Both the position numbers and the translations under genes were made by a program. Shown here in pieces: positions 1-9,767 of a stretch of DNA of 50,743 nt. Positions within the stretch are counted from its first letter, which is position 1. Every line of letters begins with the position of its first letter. The notes below the pieces were generated by a model. It was not told where the DNA came from and made no database searches. It saw only the letters and a list, made by a program, of their open reading frames with translations. The stretch is taken from positions 1-50,743 of the forward strand of contig CAZSTA010000003.1 of NCBI GenBank assembly GCA_964609495.1, in the 5' to 3' direction. This DNA is from an uncultured bacterium (GTDB lineage: Bacteria > CAZSTA01).

Positions 1-216
1 TTTCTCGGTTATAGCTGATAGACCAATACTGCTATAACCGGCATCTACTCCTAGAGTGATCGGTTGCCTGTAACCAGATGAACCATATAGCAACTGAATG
101 ATAAAAGGTTTCCTTCTAATTACCTTTGCTTTACCTTCTTTAAGCAGTATCCTTGCCTTAGCAGGATAGCAAGGCATTAATGATTTTCCATGCTTGTTAA
201 TTACAAAAGCTAACAT
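1..216 (-). CDS. iscB: IscB/IsrB-family RNA-guided nuclease (IS200/IS605 OMEGA), N-terminal 72 aa; runs off the window edge
   Basis: Hand translation MLAFVINKHGKSLMPCYPAKARILLKEGKAKVIRRKPFIIQLLYGSSGYRQPITLGVDAGYSSIGLSAITEK. It has a PLMP-type motif (SLMP), an RRXRR-like AKARILLK..GKAKV..PF.IQL segment and RuvC-I LGVDAG. Not in the ORF track. Confidence 0.9.
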   Translation of the reverse strand, partial: MLAFVINKHGKSLMPCYPAKARILLKEGKAKVIRRKPFIIQLLYGSSGYRQPITLGVDAGYSSIGLSAITEK

Positions 217-224
217 AAAGCTTC

Positions 225-461
225 CTTTCTCCACCTAACGGTGGGTTGGTCCTCTTCGGAGCTGTTAGCAAAGGTTTTTAAGTCTGCCACACTGTCCCTA
301 CCCTCAGAACTGTTTAATGACAAACCACAGAGCTTAGAACGAGAGGAGTATTCTAAGGTGTGTATGTGATTTCTCTTTGCTAACTTCTGCACCATTGGTG
401 CCTCCTAGTCAACCAGGGCTTGATCTCTCAAGCCCCTACCCTCGTGGTAGGGGTTGTTGAC
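225..461 (-). ncRNA. omegaRNA (HEARO-like) scaffold of the IscB element
   Basis: Minus strand starts GTCAACAACCCCTACCACGAGGGTAGGGGCTTG...CAAGCCCTGGTTGAC (nested 5' hairpins). It contains TTAAACAGTTCTGAGGGTAGGGACAGTG and the GTTAGCAAAG/CTTTGCTAAC pairing, and lies directly upstream of the iscB start. 3' boundary approximate. Confidence 0.85.
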
Positions 462-568
462 TATACTTTGTAATCAGACATTAGTTTCATCCTTTGGGGT
501 AACAACTGGGTTGAGATCAAATATTGACTTTTGTGAATTGGTCATATAAAGTTGTTTTATCATCACTC

Positions 569-597
569 TTGACAAATAAGCCGAGTTAGAGTAATAT
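569..597 (+). promoter_or_regulatory. sigma70-type promoter
   Basis: TTGACA-17 bp-TAATAT upstream of the epimerase RBS GGAGG. Confidence 0.6.
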
Positions 598-636
598 TAT
601 AGAGAATTTTATCGATTATTGCAAGGAGGTAAATCT

Positions 637-1410
637 ATGAGATTTGGGGCTTGTGTCGGCTTAGATAGAGTCAGCGTTTTAGAGAAATACGGTTATGACT
701 TTTTCGAATTAGGGGTTAGTAGCTTGCTTCCCGAGGCTCTTGACTCCGAGTTCATACCGGTCAAGGAGAAGGCGAAATCGTTCAGGATAAAGCCCGAGGC
801 TTATAATGTCTTCATCAAAGGAGAATTAAAATTAACTGGGGAAGAAGTCGATTTTGACAGAGTTATCCGCTATGTCGAAACTGCGGTGAGAAGAGCAGCC
901 GCCTTGGGAGGCAAGATTATCGTCTTTGGAAGCGGAACCGCTCGTCGAGTCCCCGATGGCTTTCCTAAGGAGAAAGCCTATGAACAACTTAAGAAGTTCT
1001 TGAATATGGTAGCTGATAATGCTGGTAAACATAGGATAACTATCGCTATCGAGCCTCTCAATAGGGAGGAGACGAATATCCTAAACTCGGTAGAGGAAGC
1101 GGTATGGCTTGCTAAGGAGGTGAATAGAGCTGAGATCAGGGTCTTAGCTGATATCTATCATATGATCAAGGAGAATGAGAGTTTCGATAGCATAATCAAA
1201 GCTGGCGATTATATAGTTCATATACACCTCTCCGATCCCGATCGCTTCTACCCTGGTCGAGGCGAATACGCTGAGATAAAGGACTTCTTCTCTGCCCTGA
1301 AGAAGATAGGTTACGAGGAGAGGATATCCGCCGAATGTCGCTGGGAGAATTTCGAGGAGGAATGTCCAGGGGTATTAGCTTATATGAAGAGCGTTTGGAG
1401 TAATGCCTAA
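637..1410 (+). CDS. Sugar phosphate isomerase/epimerase (xylose isomerase-like TIM barrel, ketose 3-epimerase-like)
   Basis: IAIEPLNREE, LADIYHM, HIHLSD..R..PG, ISAEC metal-site motifs; GGAGG RBS before ATG 637. Confidence 0.85.
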   Translation: MRFGACVGLDRVSVLEKYGYDFFELGVSSLLPEALDSEFIPVKEKAKSFRIKPEAYNVFIKGELKLTGEEVDFDRVIRYVETAVRRAAALGGKIIVFGSGTARRVPDGFPKEKAYEQLKKFLNMVADNAGKHRITIAIEPLNREETNILNSVEEAVWLAKEVNRAEIRVLADIYHMIKENESFDSIIKAGDYIVHIHLSDPDRFYPGRGEYAEIKDFFSALKKIGYEERISAECRWENFEEECPGVLAYMKSVWSNA

Positions 1411-2408
1411 TCAAGCTCGATAATCTTTCCCCTGTTCTTTATCGAGCGTTGAGCCGCTTCTAAGATCTTCACCACGCGGACTCCATCCTCTCCATCGCTT
1501 CTGGGTTGCTTATTTTCCTTTATACAATCGAGGAAGTGCTGACATTNNNNNNNNNNAGAATCGATTTTAGGGATGTAGATATCCCCAAAACGTAGAGATA
1601 GAGCCTCTCCATAGGAGGTATAATTTAGTCCATCAACTATCCCTTTATCGTATATCTTTACCTTTTCCGTTGGCTCCATATCATCAAAGACAGCCATCTT
1701 ACGACTTCCCACCACAGTCAGTTTTCTGATCTTGTGAGGATCTAACCAACTCACCTGGATATGAGCCATCTTATTATCGGGAAAGTACAGATCTAAAAAG
1801 GCGATATCCTCTATTCCGTCCTGAATGTAGCTTGCTCCCCTCGCAGTTACAAAGGATGGGTTTGGTCTATCTAAAAGATATAGGATCATCGATATATCAT
1901 GAGGGGCAAAACTCCAAAGGGCATTTTCATCCCTCCGCACTCTTCCCAAATTAAGACGTTGCGAATAAATATAGTATATATCTCCGAACTCTCCCTGTTC
2001 TAGATATCCTTTCAGTTTCTCCACCGCAGGATGATACTCCAAGAGATGCCCAACCATTAGAATCTTTCCTTCAGTATTAGCTATATCCCTCAATTCCTCT
2101 GCTTCGGCTAAACTTAGGGTCATAGGCTTCTCCACAAAGGTATGCTTTCCACTTCTCAGGCAATCCTTAGCTATTTTATAGTGAGTATCAGCAGAGGTAG
2201 CAATTACCACGGCCTCTACCTCGCGATCTGTCAGGAAGTTATGGTAATCATCATCAATTTTAGTATAAGGGTATGATCTCTTCACCTTCTCCAAATTATT
2301 CGGCTTCAGATCACAACATCCGTAAAGAAGGGAATCATATAATTGATCTATGTTTCTCACTAAATTAATTCCCCAGTAACCACAACCTATCACCACTGTA
2401 TTAATCAT
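1407..2408 (-). CDS. Gfo/Idh/MocA oxidoreductase, WlbA/WbpB-like nucleotide-sugar dehydrogenase
   Basis: GCGYWG, VEKPM, LMVGH, ENALWSFAPHD, VSWLDPHK motifs; AAGGAG RBS before ATG 2408; spans the N gap at 1547-1556. Confidence 0.85.
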   Translation of the reverse strand: MINTVVIGCGYWGINLVRNIDQLYDSLLYGCCDLKPNNLEKVKRSYPYTKIDDDYHNFLTDREVEAVVIATSADTHYKIAKDCLRSGKHTFVEKPMTLSLAEAEELRDIANTEGKILMVGHLLEYHPAVEKLKGYLEQGEFGDIYYIYSQRLNLGRVRRDENALWSFAPHDISMILYLLDRPNPSFVTARGASYIQDGIEDIAFLDLYFPDNKMAHIQVSWLDPHKIRKLTVVGSRKMAVFDDMEPTEKVKIYDKGIVDGLNYTSYGEALSLRFGDIYIPKIDSXXXXCQHFLDCIKENKQPRSDGEDGVRVVKILEAAQRSIKNRGKIIELD

Positions 2409-2436
2409 AGATTGCTCCTTTTCCCAATTTAGTGGG

Positions 2437-3594
2437 TTAGCCGGCCTGTTTATCCTCATTACCTTTACTATAATCATCATAGTACTTCTTATAGTAATGA
2501 TGGTAGTAATAGTAATAATATCCGGAATCCTTATCTGGACTCATCTTATTTATTATATAGCCCAGAACTTTTCCTCCTATATCCTTTATAGATTTTTCCG
2601 TATATTTAGCGATATTTATGGGGACTTTTCCCGCATCCAAAACTATTATCACTCCATCAACCTCGGTTGCCATAACTGTGGCGTCAGTTACTGACATCAT
2701 CGGAGGAGAATCGAATATTACAAAATCAAGATTCTTCCTCAGAATCTTGATAAGCTCTAACATCGACCGAGATCCTAATAGTTCTGAGGGATTAGGAGGG
2801 GTGGGACCACTAGGAATTAGATATAAATTCTCGATTTCCGTCTTTCTTATGGTTTTCTTCCAATCCAGTCCTTCAGTTAAGATATTGGTCAATCCGGGCT
2901 CTCTAGCGATGCCGAAAACCTTATCTAAGAATGGTTTCCTCAGGTCACTATCTATAAGTATAACCCTATTCCCAGCTCTAGCTATAACTATCCCTAGATT
3001 AGTAACGACTGTTGATTTACCTGCTCCGGGCCCGGGGCTAGTTACCAGGAAGATGTTATGAGAGGAACTCGTTTTGGATAAAATCAAGTTAGTTCGGAGG
3101 ACCCGAAAGGACTCGGCCGCTTGAGAAGTAGGCTGACGATAACTGATCAAGTGGGTTGTGTTCAAGATACTTATATCAGAGAGGACTGGGGTGCTATAAT
3201 TCCCCTTCTGAATTAGTAGATCAAATTCGCGATCTCTTAATATCTCGCTATCACTAGAACTTCCGTCCACTTCCCTATATCTTAATTTTACTGCCTTTCG
3301 CCCTAAATAGAGTATATCACCATCTTCAAGCACTCTCTTATCTATCTTATGACCATTTAGAAAGGTGCCATTAGCACTTCCTAGATCGTAGAATATAAAT
3401 TGTCCCTCTTTGGAGACAACCCGCGCATGATGCCGTGATACAGATCTGTTAGAGATAGTTATATCGTTATCCTTTCCTCTTCCCAAGGTTATAAGATCTC
3501 TATTCAATTCTATCTTTTTTATTTCACCTTCACCCTTTTCCACTATTACCAACTGAGCTTTACGTCCATTCGAGCTGTTTGCCAATTTTATCAC
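2437..3594 (-). CDS. FHA domain fused to a bacterial tyrosine (BY) kinase of the CpsD/CapB type
   Basis: FHA: LGR, SVSRHHA, DLGSANGTFLNG. Kinase: ESFRVLR (Ex2Rx2R), Walker A GPGAGKS, A' LIDSDLRKP, Walker B IFDSPP, C-terminal Tyr cluster YYYYYYHHYYKKYY. Confidence 0.9.
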   Translation of the reverse strand: MIKLANSSNGRKAQLVIVEKGEGEIKKIELNRDLITLGRGKDNDITISNRSVSRHHARVVSKEGQFIFYDLGSANGTFLNGHKIDKRVLEDGDILYLGRKAVKLRYREVDGSSSDSEILRDREFDLLIQKGNYSTPVLSDISILNTTHLISYRQPTSQAAESFRVLRTNLILSKTSSSHNIFLVTSPGPGAGKSTVVTNLGIVIARAGNRVILIDSDLRKPFLDKVFGIAREPGLTNILTEGLDWKKTIRKTEIENLYLIPSGPTPPNPSELLGSRSMLELIKILRKNLDFVIFDSPPMMSVTDATVMATEVDGVIIVLDAGKVPINIAKYTEKSIKDIGGKVLGYIINKMSPDKDSGYYYYYYHHYYKKYYDDYSKGNEDKQAG

Positions 3595-5456
3595 CTCATC
3601 ATCTTCCGGCCAAAGACTATTATGAACAGAGCCATCATAAAGGCTCCGATGAAAGCTTCTATAGCCGCGAAGGCTCTAGTTAGGGGAAAGGCAGGGACGA
3701 TGTCACCATAACCGACTGTGGTAAACGTCACTATGCTGAAGTAGATACATTGGGCGAAAATCCTCAAATATTTCCCGAGGCTCAAGGAGGGATCGAATTG
3801 TAGCAACATATCTCCAGATTTCAATCCAGAGAAGAAGTAGAGGATCGAGCATATAAATACTAAGAGCAAGGAGGAAAGAATAACTTTCCAGGGCTTTTCT
3901 CCATAACCACAGAGGAGATCTACCAGAGAATACCAAAGACCGATTGAAGACCATTCTCTAGCTTGCTTCCTCTTCATCGTCATCTCTCGGTAAAAGAACT
4001 CCCCTCCCTCTGAATACATTCCGGCATTGCCATAATTTTCCTTTATCTCCCGGTAAACTCTTTCTGCATCTATATATGCTCCATCCTTCTCCTCTCCTAC
4101 TATATATTTATCTCCCCAATTCACACTTTCTAGATCAGCTCTCTCTAAATTGGCGTCCCTTAGATAAGCCTCACATAAATTGGCAGACTTAAGGTTTGCC
4201 TCATATAGATCGGCTTCCTCTAAATGAGCCCCTGCTAGATCAGCTCTCGTTAACTGAGCCCCTCGAAGATCTGCTTCGGCTAGTATAGTAGATTTAAGTT
4301 GAGCTTCATTTAATATTGCCTCGGTTAAGGTAGCTCTTCTCAGTTGAGCCTCATCCAAAATTGCCTTGCTTAATACAGTTTCTCTAAGGAGTGCCTCGTT
4401 TAATTGAGCTTTCGTCAAATCAGCGGATTCAAGTCGAGCTTTATCTAGGATAGCACCAACTAGATTCGCTTCTTGTAGCTGAGCCGAAGCTAGAAGTGCT
4501 TCTTTTAAGTTCGCCTTCTGAAGATGGGCTCGGCTCAGAAGAGCCGAGGTGAAATCGGCTCTTTCTATCTGAGCATCAGTAAGGTAAGCACCGGTAAGAG
4601 TGGCTTCACTAAAATTGGCTCTCTGGAGTTTCGCCTCTTCCAGGTGGGCAGATGTTAGATCGGCTTTAGTTAGGTTAGCCCCTCCTAGACGAGCTCCTAA
4701 CAGAGTAGCTTCTTTAAAGCTCGCCTCGGTCAAATTAGCTCCTCTAAGGTCTGCCTCGGCTAAAGTGGCATAGGTGAAGTTAGCTCCCTCAAAGCGAGTG
4801 CCAGCTAGGAAAGCCCCGGTAAGAGTTGCTCCAGTTAAATCTACCGCTCTCAGGATCGCTCCCGTAAGGATCGCTCCTTGCAATTGGGCTCCCCTAAGGT
4901 CCGCCTCTACAAAAGATGCTCGCTCCAGATGAGCGCCTTCGAGGGAAGCTCTAGTCAGAGAAGCCCCCTTAAGATAGGCAGACTTTAGAATAGCTTCGGT
5001 AAGAATGCTTCCATCTAACCGAGCTTCCTCTAAATTCGCTCCGGTAAGATCTGCTCCTCTTAGATTAGCCCCTTCGAGATCAGCTCCTCTAAGACTAACT
5101 CTCTTCAGATCGACTCCCTCGAGAAGACTGCCCTTGAGATCAGCACCATCTAAGTTAGCTTTGCTTAATTCGCATCCCTTTAGTATAGCCTCCCCTAAGT
5201 TCGCTTTCTGAAGATGAGCATCTTTGAGATCTAGTCCCTGTAAATCCATACCTTTTAGGAAAGCTCTCTCTAAACTCTTATTCTCCCTAACTCTCCCCTC
5301 CACCAATCTTTTTATTATCTCTCCTATCCTCTTCTCCGTCTTATCCATCTCGGGATCATGGAGAATACACCAACCAGAAGCTCTAGGAGGTATATCGCAA
5401 TGTTCTCCCTTATGTTCACCCCAATATTCCCACTCGTAGTTACAAAGATTCTGCAT
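3591..5456 (-). CDS. Pentapeptide-repeat protein with C-terminal two-TM K+-channel-like pore domain (Ion_trans_2)
   Basis: About 390 aa of A(D/N)Lxx repeats, then CGYGE..W, TM helices and the filter TTVGYGD; N-terminal C..C..CxxH cluster. Confidence 0.9.
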   Translation of the reverse strand: MQNLCNYEWEYWGEHKGEHCDIPPRASGWCILHDPEMDKTEKRIGEIIKRLVEGRVRENKSLERAFLKGMDLQGLDLKDAHLQKANLGEAILKGCELSKANLDGADLKGSLLEGVDLKRVSLRGADLEGANLRGADLTGANLEEARLDGSILTEAILKSAYLKGASLTRASLEGAHLERASFVEADLRGAQLQGAILTGAILRAVDLTGATLTGAFLAGTRFEGANFTYATLAEADLRGANLTEASFKEATLLGARLGGANLTKADLTSAHLEEAKLQRANFSEATLTGAYLTDAQIERADFTSALLSRAHLQKANLKEALLASAQLQEANLVGAILDKARLESADLTKAQLNEALLRETVLSKAILDEAQLRRATLTEAILNEAQLKSTILAEADLRGAQLTRADLAGAHLEEADLYEANLKSANLCEAYLRDANLERADLESVNWGDKYIVGEEKDGAYIDAERVYREIKENYGNAGMYSEGGEFFYREMTMKRKQAREWSSIGLWYSLVDLLCGYGEKPWKVILSSLLLVFICSILYFFSGLKSGDMLLQFDPSLSLGKYLRIFAQCIYFSIVTFTTVGYGDIVPAFPLTRAFAAIEAFIGAFMMALFIIVFGRKMMR

Positions 5457-5560
5457 AGCAAGCCTTGCGACTATGATTTAAGTCCATCGGATAATGTGCT
5501 TTTAGATATATAGTCGCATAAACACCAGAATTATTTGTATAAAACATCCGAAAGCTCAAC

Positions 5561-5590
5561 AAAAAAGGTGGCTGGATACCAGCCACTTTT
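5561..5590. terminator. Intrinsic terminator after rnc (possibly bidirectional)
   Basis: AAAAAAGGTGGCTGG-ATA-CCAGCCACTTTT hairpin flanked by A and T runs. Confidence 0.75.
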
Positions 5591-5604
5591 GAGGTATGTA
5601 TTCA

Positions 5605-6315
5605 CTAGGGTGTTTTCTTACTTACAACTGAGCAAGCCTCTTTAGCCGCAGCCTGCTCCGCTTTCTTCTTACTTTTGCCGCTTCCTTTACCCAATACTTT
5701 ACGGCCAACCTTCACTTGTCCAAAGAAGGTCTTATCGTGATCGGGCCCTTCTGTGCCTATTATCTCATATTCAGGTAGACGCTTCAAATCCCTCTGGATT
5801 AGCTCTTGAAGATAACTTTTATGATCTTGCCATCGCTTATTAGTGAATATATCCTCGATCTGTTCCTTAAAGAAATCTATGAGGAAATCTCTTGTCTTCT
5901 GCCAACCTTGATCTAAAAATATAGCCGCAATTACCGCTTCCAGAGCATCAGCCAGATTTGAACTTCTTTCCCTCCCCCCGCTTGTTCCCTCCCCCTCTCC
6001 TAAGCGTAGGTATTTCCCCAGCTCCAGCTCTCTGCTTATCTTAGCCAGAGTTGAGCGTCTGACTACCACCGCCCTTAGTTTAGTCAGATCGCCCTCTAAC
6101 AGTTCTGGGTAGCGATGATATAGGTATTCGCTGATGATTAAATTCAGTATCGAATCCCCCAAGAACTCGAGTCGCTCGTTATCTCCTATCTCATCCTCAG
6201 CTTCATAGCTAAAGGATCTATGAGTTAGAGCTTTAAGAAGAAGCTCTTCATCCTCGAAGTTGATTTGTAACTTCTTTTGAAGTTCAATTATGTTCATGTT
6301 ATCTCTATTACTCAT
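5605..6315 (-). CDS. rnc: Ribonuclease III
   Basis: [10 protein letters not shown] signature and C-terminal dsRBD; follows fabF. Confidence 0.97.
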   Translation of the reverse strand: MSNRDNMNIIELQKKLQINFEDEELLLKALTHRSFSYEAEDEIGDNERLEFLGDSILNLIISEYLYHRYPELLEGDLTKLRAVVVRRSTLAKISRELELGKYLRLGEGEGTSGGRERSSNLADALEAVIAAIFLDQGWQKTRDFLIDFFKEQIEDIFTNKRWQDHKSYLQELIQRDLKRLPEYEIIGTEGPDHDKTFFGQVKVGRKVLGKGSGKSKKKAEQAAAKEACSVVSKKTP

Positions 6316-7556
6316 CCTTCATACTTTTTTATAACTAGAGCGGCGTTATGCCCTCCAAATCCGAAGGAATTGGAAAGCGCCACCTTTATATCGGCTGGAC
6401 GCGCTTTGTTAGGAACGTAATCCAGATCGCATTCTGGATCCGGATATTCATAGTTTATAGTGGGAGGGATCATCTTATTCTCCATAGCTAATATGCAGGT
6501 TATTAACTCCGCTACCCCAGCGGCTCCTAAGAGATGTCCAATCATCGACTTCGTAGAGCTTATCGGTACTTTATAGGCATACTCTCCAAAGGCTCTTTTG
6601 ATCGCTATCGTTTCAAATTTATCTCCGGGAGGAGTAGCGGTGCCATGAGCATTTATATAATCCACCTCACTAAGAGTTAAGCCAGCTTTAGCTACAGCTA
6701 TCTGCATTACTCTAACTGCTCCCTCGGCCTCTGGTTCTGGCTTGGTGATGTGGTAGGCATCTGAGGTCATCCCATAGCCTGCTACTTCGGCATATATCTT
6801 AGCGTCTCTCTTTAGGGCATGCTCTAGAGATTCCAATATTACTATCCCTGCTCCTTCTCCAATGACAAATCCATCTCTCTTGAGATCGAAAGGACGACTA
6901 GCTTTCTGTGGTTCATCATTACGAGTAGAGATCGCGCGCATAGCGTTAAAGCCCCCTACTGCTAAAGGAGTTATGGCCGCCTCTGTTCCTCCAGCAACCA
7001 TCACCTCTGCTTCATTACGAGCTATTATCTCCGAAGCATCTCCGATGGAGTGACTAGAGGAAGCACAAGCGGTAACGATCGTGCTGCTAGGACCTTTCAA
7101 GCCGAAGGAGATCGAGATCTGTCCCGTAGCCATGTTGGCAATTATCATTGGAATGAAGAAGGGACTTATCTTATTAGGACCTCTTTCGAGAAGGACCTTG
7201 TGTTGTTTCTCTATGGTCTCGATCCCACCTATTCCTGATCCTACTAAAACTCCTACCCTCTCGAGATCCTCGTTGTTCAAATCCATTTGAGCATCTTCCA
7301 AAGCCATCTTAGTCGCCGCTAGGCCAAACTGAGTGAATCTATCAAGCCTTCGAATTTCCTTCCTATCTAAGAAATCCTCTGGCACAAAGTCCTTAACTTC
7401 GGCGGCAAATTGAACTGGAAAATCGCTAGCATCGAAGTGAGTTATCTTATCCACTCCAGATTTGCCATTTACCAAGCCTTCCCAAAAGGCAGATTTACCA
7501 ATTCCCAAAGGTGTTATGGCGCCGATTCCTGTTATCACAACCCGTTTTCTAGTCAT
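6312..7556 (-). CDS. fabF: 3-oxoacyl-ACP synthase II
   Basis: [32 protein letters not shown]. Confidence 0.97.
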   Translation of the reverse strand: MTRKRVVITGIGAITPLGIGKSAFWEGLVNGKSGVDKITHFDASDFPVQFAAEVKDFVPEDFLDRKEIRRLDRFTQFGLAATKMALEDAQMDLNNEDLERVGVLVGSGIGGIETIEKQHKVLLERGPNKISPFFIPMIIANMATGQISISFGLKGPSSTIVTACASSSHSIGDASEIIARNEAEVMVAGGTEAAITPLAVGGFNAMRAISTRNDEPQKASRPFDLKRDGFVIGEGAGIVILESLEHALKRDAKIYAEVAGYGMTSDAYHITKPEPEAEGAVRVMQIAVAKAGLTLSEVDYINAHGTATPPGDKFETIAIKRAFGEYAYKVPISSTKSMIGHLLGAAGVAELITCILAMENKMIPPTINYEYPDPECDLDYVPNKARPADIKVALSNSFGFGGHNAALVIKKYEG

Positions 7557-7710
7557 AATTGTCCCTCACTATTAATATACTATAAGCGATTATTGGAGAG
7601 CAGATTAGGGGGTATCCAAAGGGATATTAACCCTCAGTGGCTAGCGATCTCTAATTTAGAGCAATTCAACAAAAATTTGCGCTAGCCACCGCTCGGATTA
7701 ATCGCTTTCC

Positions 7711-8752
<1,042 letters not shown>

Positions 8753-8811
8753 TTTGCCATTCCCTCTTTGGATTGGGTTAATGAACTGGAAATGCTCGAT
8801 CTCTCCAATTT

Positions 8812-9747
8812 CTACTCTCTATTTTCCAAGCTATGTAGGGTTTTCTCTAACGATCGTCTATCTTCGACATTAAAGATATTTGCTCTTCGGTCGATCCGTT
8901 TTATTAATCCACTTAGTACTCTACTAGGACCAATTTCTATGAAAGTTTCTCCTTTCTTCACCATCTCGATGACGGAATCTTCCCAGAGGAGAGGACTGAT
9001 AAGTTGCTTCGATAGAGCCTCTTTTATCTCGGCGCTCGAAGTAAGAGGAGAAGCGTTAAAGTTAGCAACTACTGGTATTTGAGGCTCTGGGAAATCTATC
9101 CTATCCATCTCCTTCTTGAATCTCTCGACAGCGGATTGCATCAAAGGAGAGTGAGAGGGAACGCTTACGGCTAATTTTACAGCTCGTCTCGCTCCTGCTT
9201 CTGAAGCTAATGCTACCGCTTTCTCGATAGCTTTGACCTCTCCAGCTATCACTATCTGTCCGGGGCAGTTGAAGGCGGCGGGAGATACTATCCCTTCAGA
9301 ACTCGATTTTCGACAGATATCCTTTACTTGAGGACGGCTCAATCCCAGTATAGCAGCCATTGCTCCTTTATCAGCAGGAACAGCCTCCTGCATAAATTGC
9401 CCTCTGAGGCGAACGAGCTTCAAAGCCGAGGGAAAATCGAGAACTCCAGCGGCTACTAACGCAGAATATTCTCCCAAACTGTGGCCCGCTACTAGATCAG
9501 CTCTGACTCCTTTTTCCTTTAATACCTCAAGGCAGGCGATACTTGTCGTCAGTAATGCTGGCTGAGTGTTAGTGGTCTCATTCAGCTCTTCTTCTGGGCC
9601 AATAAAACATAGCTCTGATAAGGAGGAACCTAATACCTCATCAGCTTGAACGAAGATCTGTTGAGCGACGAGAAAATTATCAGCGATATCCTTTCCCATT
9701 CCCACGTATTGCGAGCCCTGTCCAGGGAAGACAAAAGCTAATGACAA
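8812..9747 (-). CDS. fabD: Malonyl-CoA:ACP transacylase
   Basis: FPGQGSQ, GHSLGEY, SHSPLM. Confidence 0.96.
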   Translation of the reverse strand: MSLAFVFPGQGSQYVGMGKDIADNFLVAQQIFVQADEVLGSSLSELCFIGPEEELNETTNTQPALLTTSIACLEVLKEKGVRADLVAGHSLGEYSALVAAGVLDFPSALKLVRLRGQFMQEAVPADKGAMAAILGLSRPQVKDICRKSSSEGIVSPAAFNCPGQIVIAGEVKAIEKAVALASEAGARRAVKLAVSVPSHSPLMQSAVERFKKEMDRIDFPEPQIPVVANFNASPLTSSAEIKEALSKQLISPLLWEDSVIEMVKKGETFIEIGPSRVLSGLIKRIDRRANIFNVEDRRSLEKTLHSLENRE

Positions 9748-9767
9748 TTAACTTCTCCTTTCAAATT

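Noticed and set aside
210-395. 61-aa ORF MVQKLAKR
   Set aside because: Lies wholly within the omegaRNA scaffold and overlaps the iscB start; better explained as structured RNA
1547-1556. Run of 10 N inside the dehydrogenase
   Set aside because: Scaffold gap, not biology; frame continuity across it is unverified
4120-5280. 15-bp periodicity suggesting a repeat array
   Set aside because: Explained by pentapeptide coding repeats; no conserved DNA repeat with spacers
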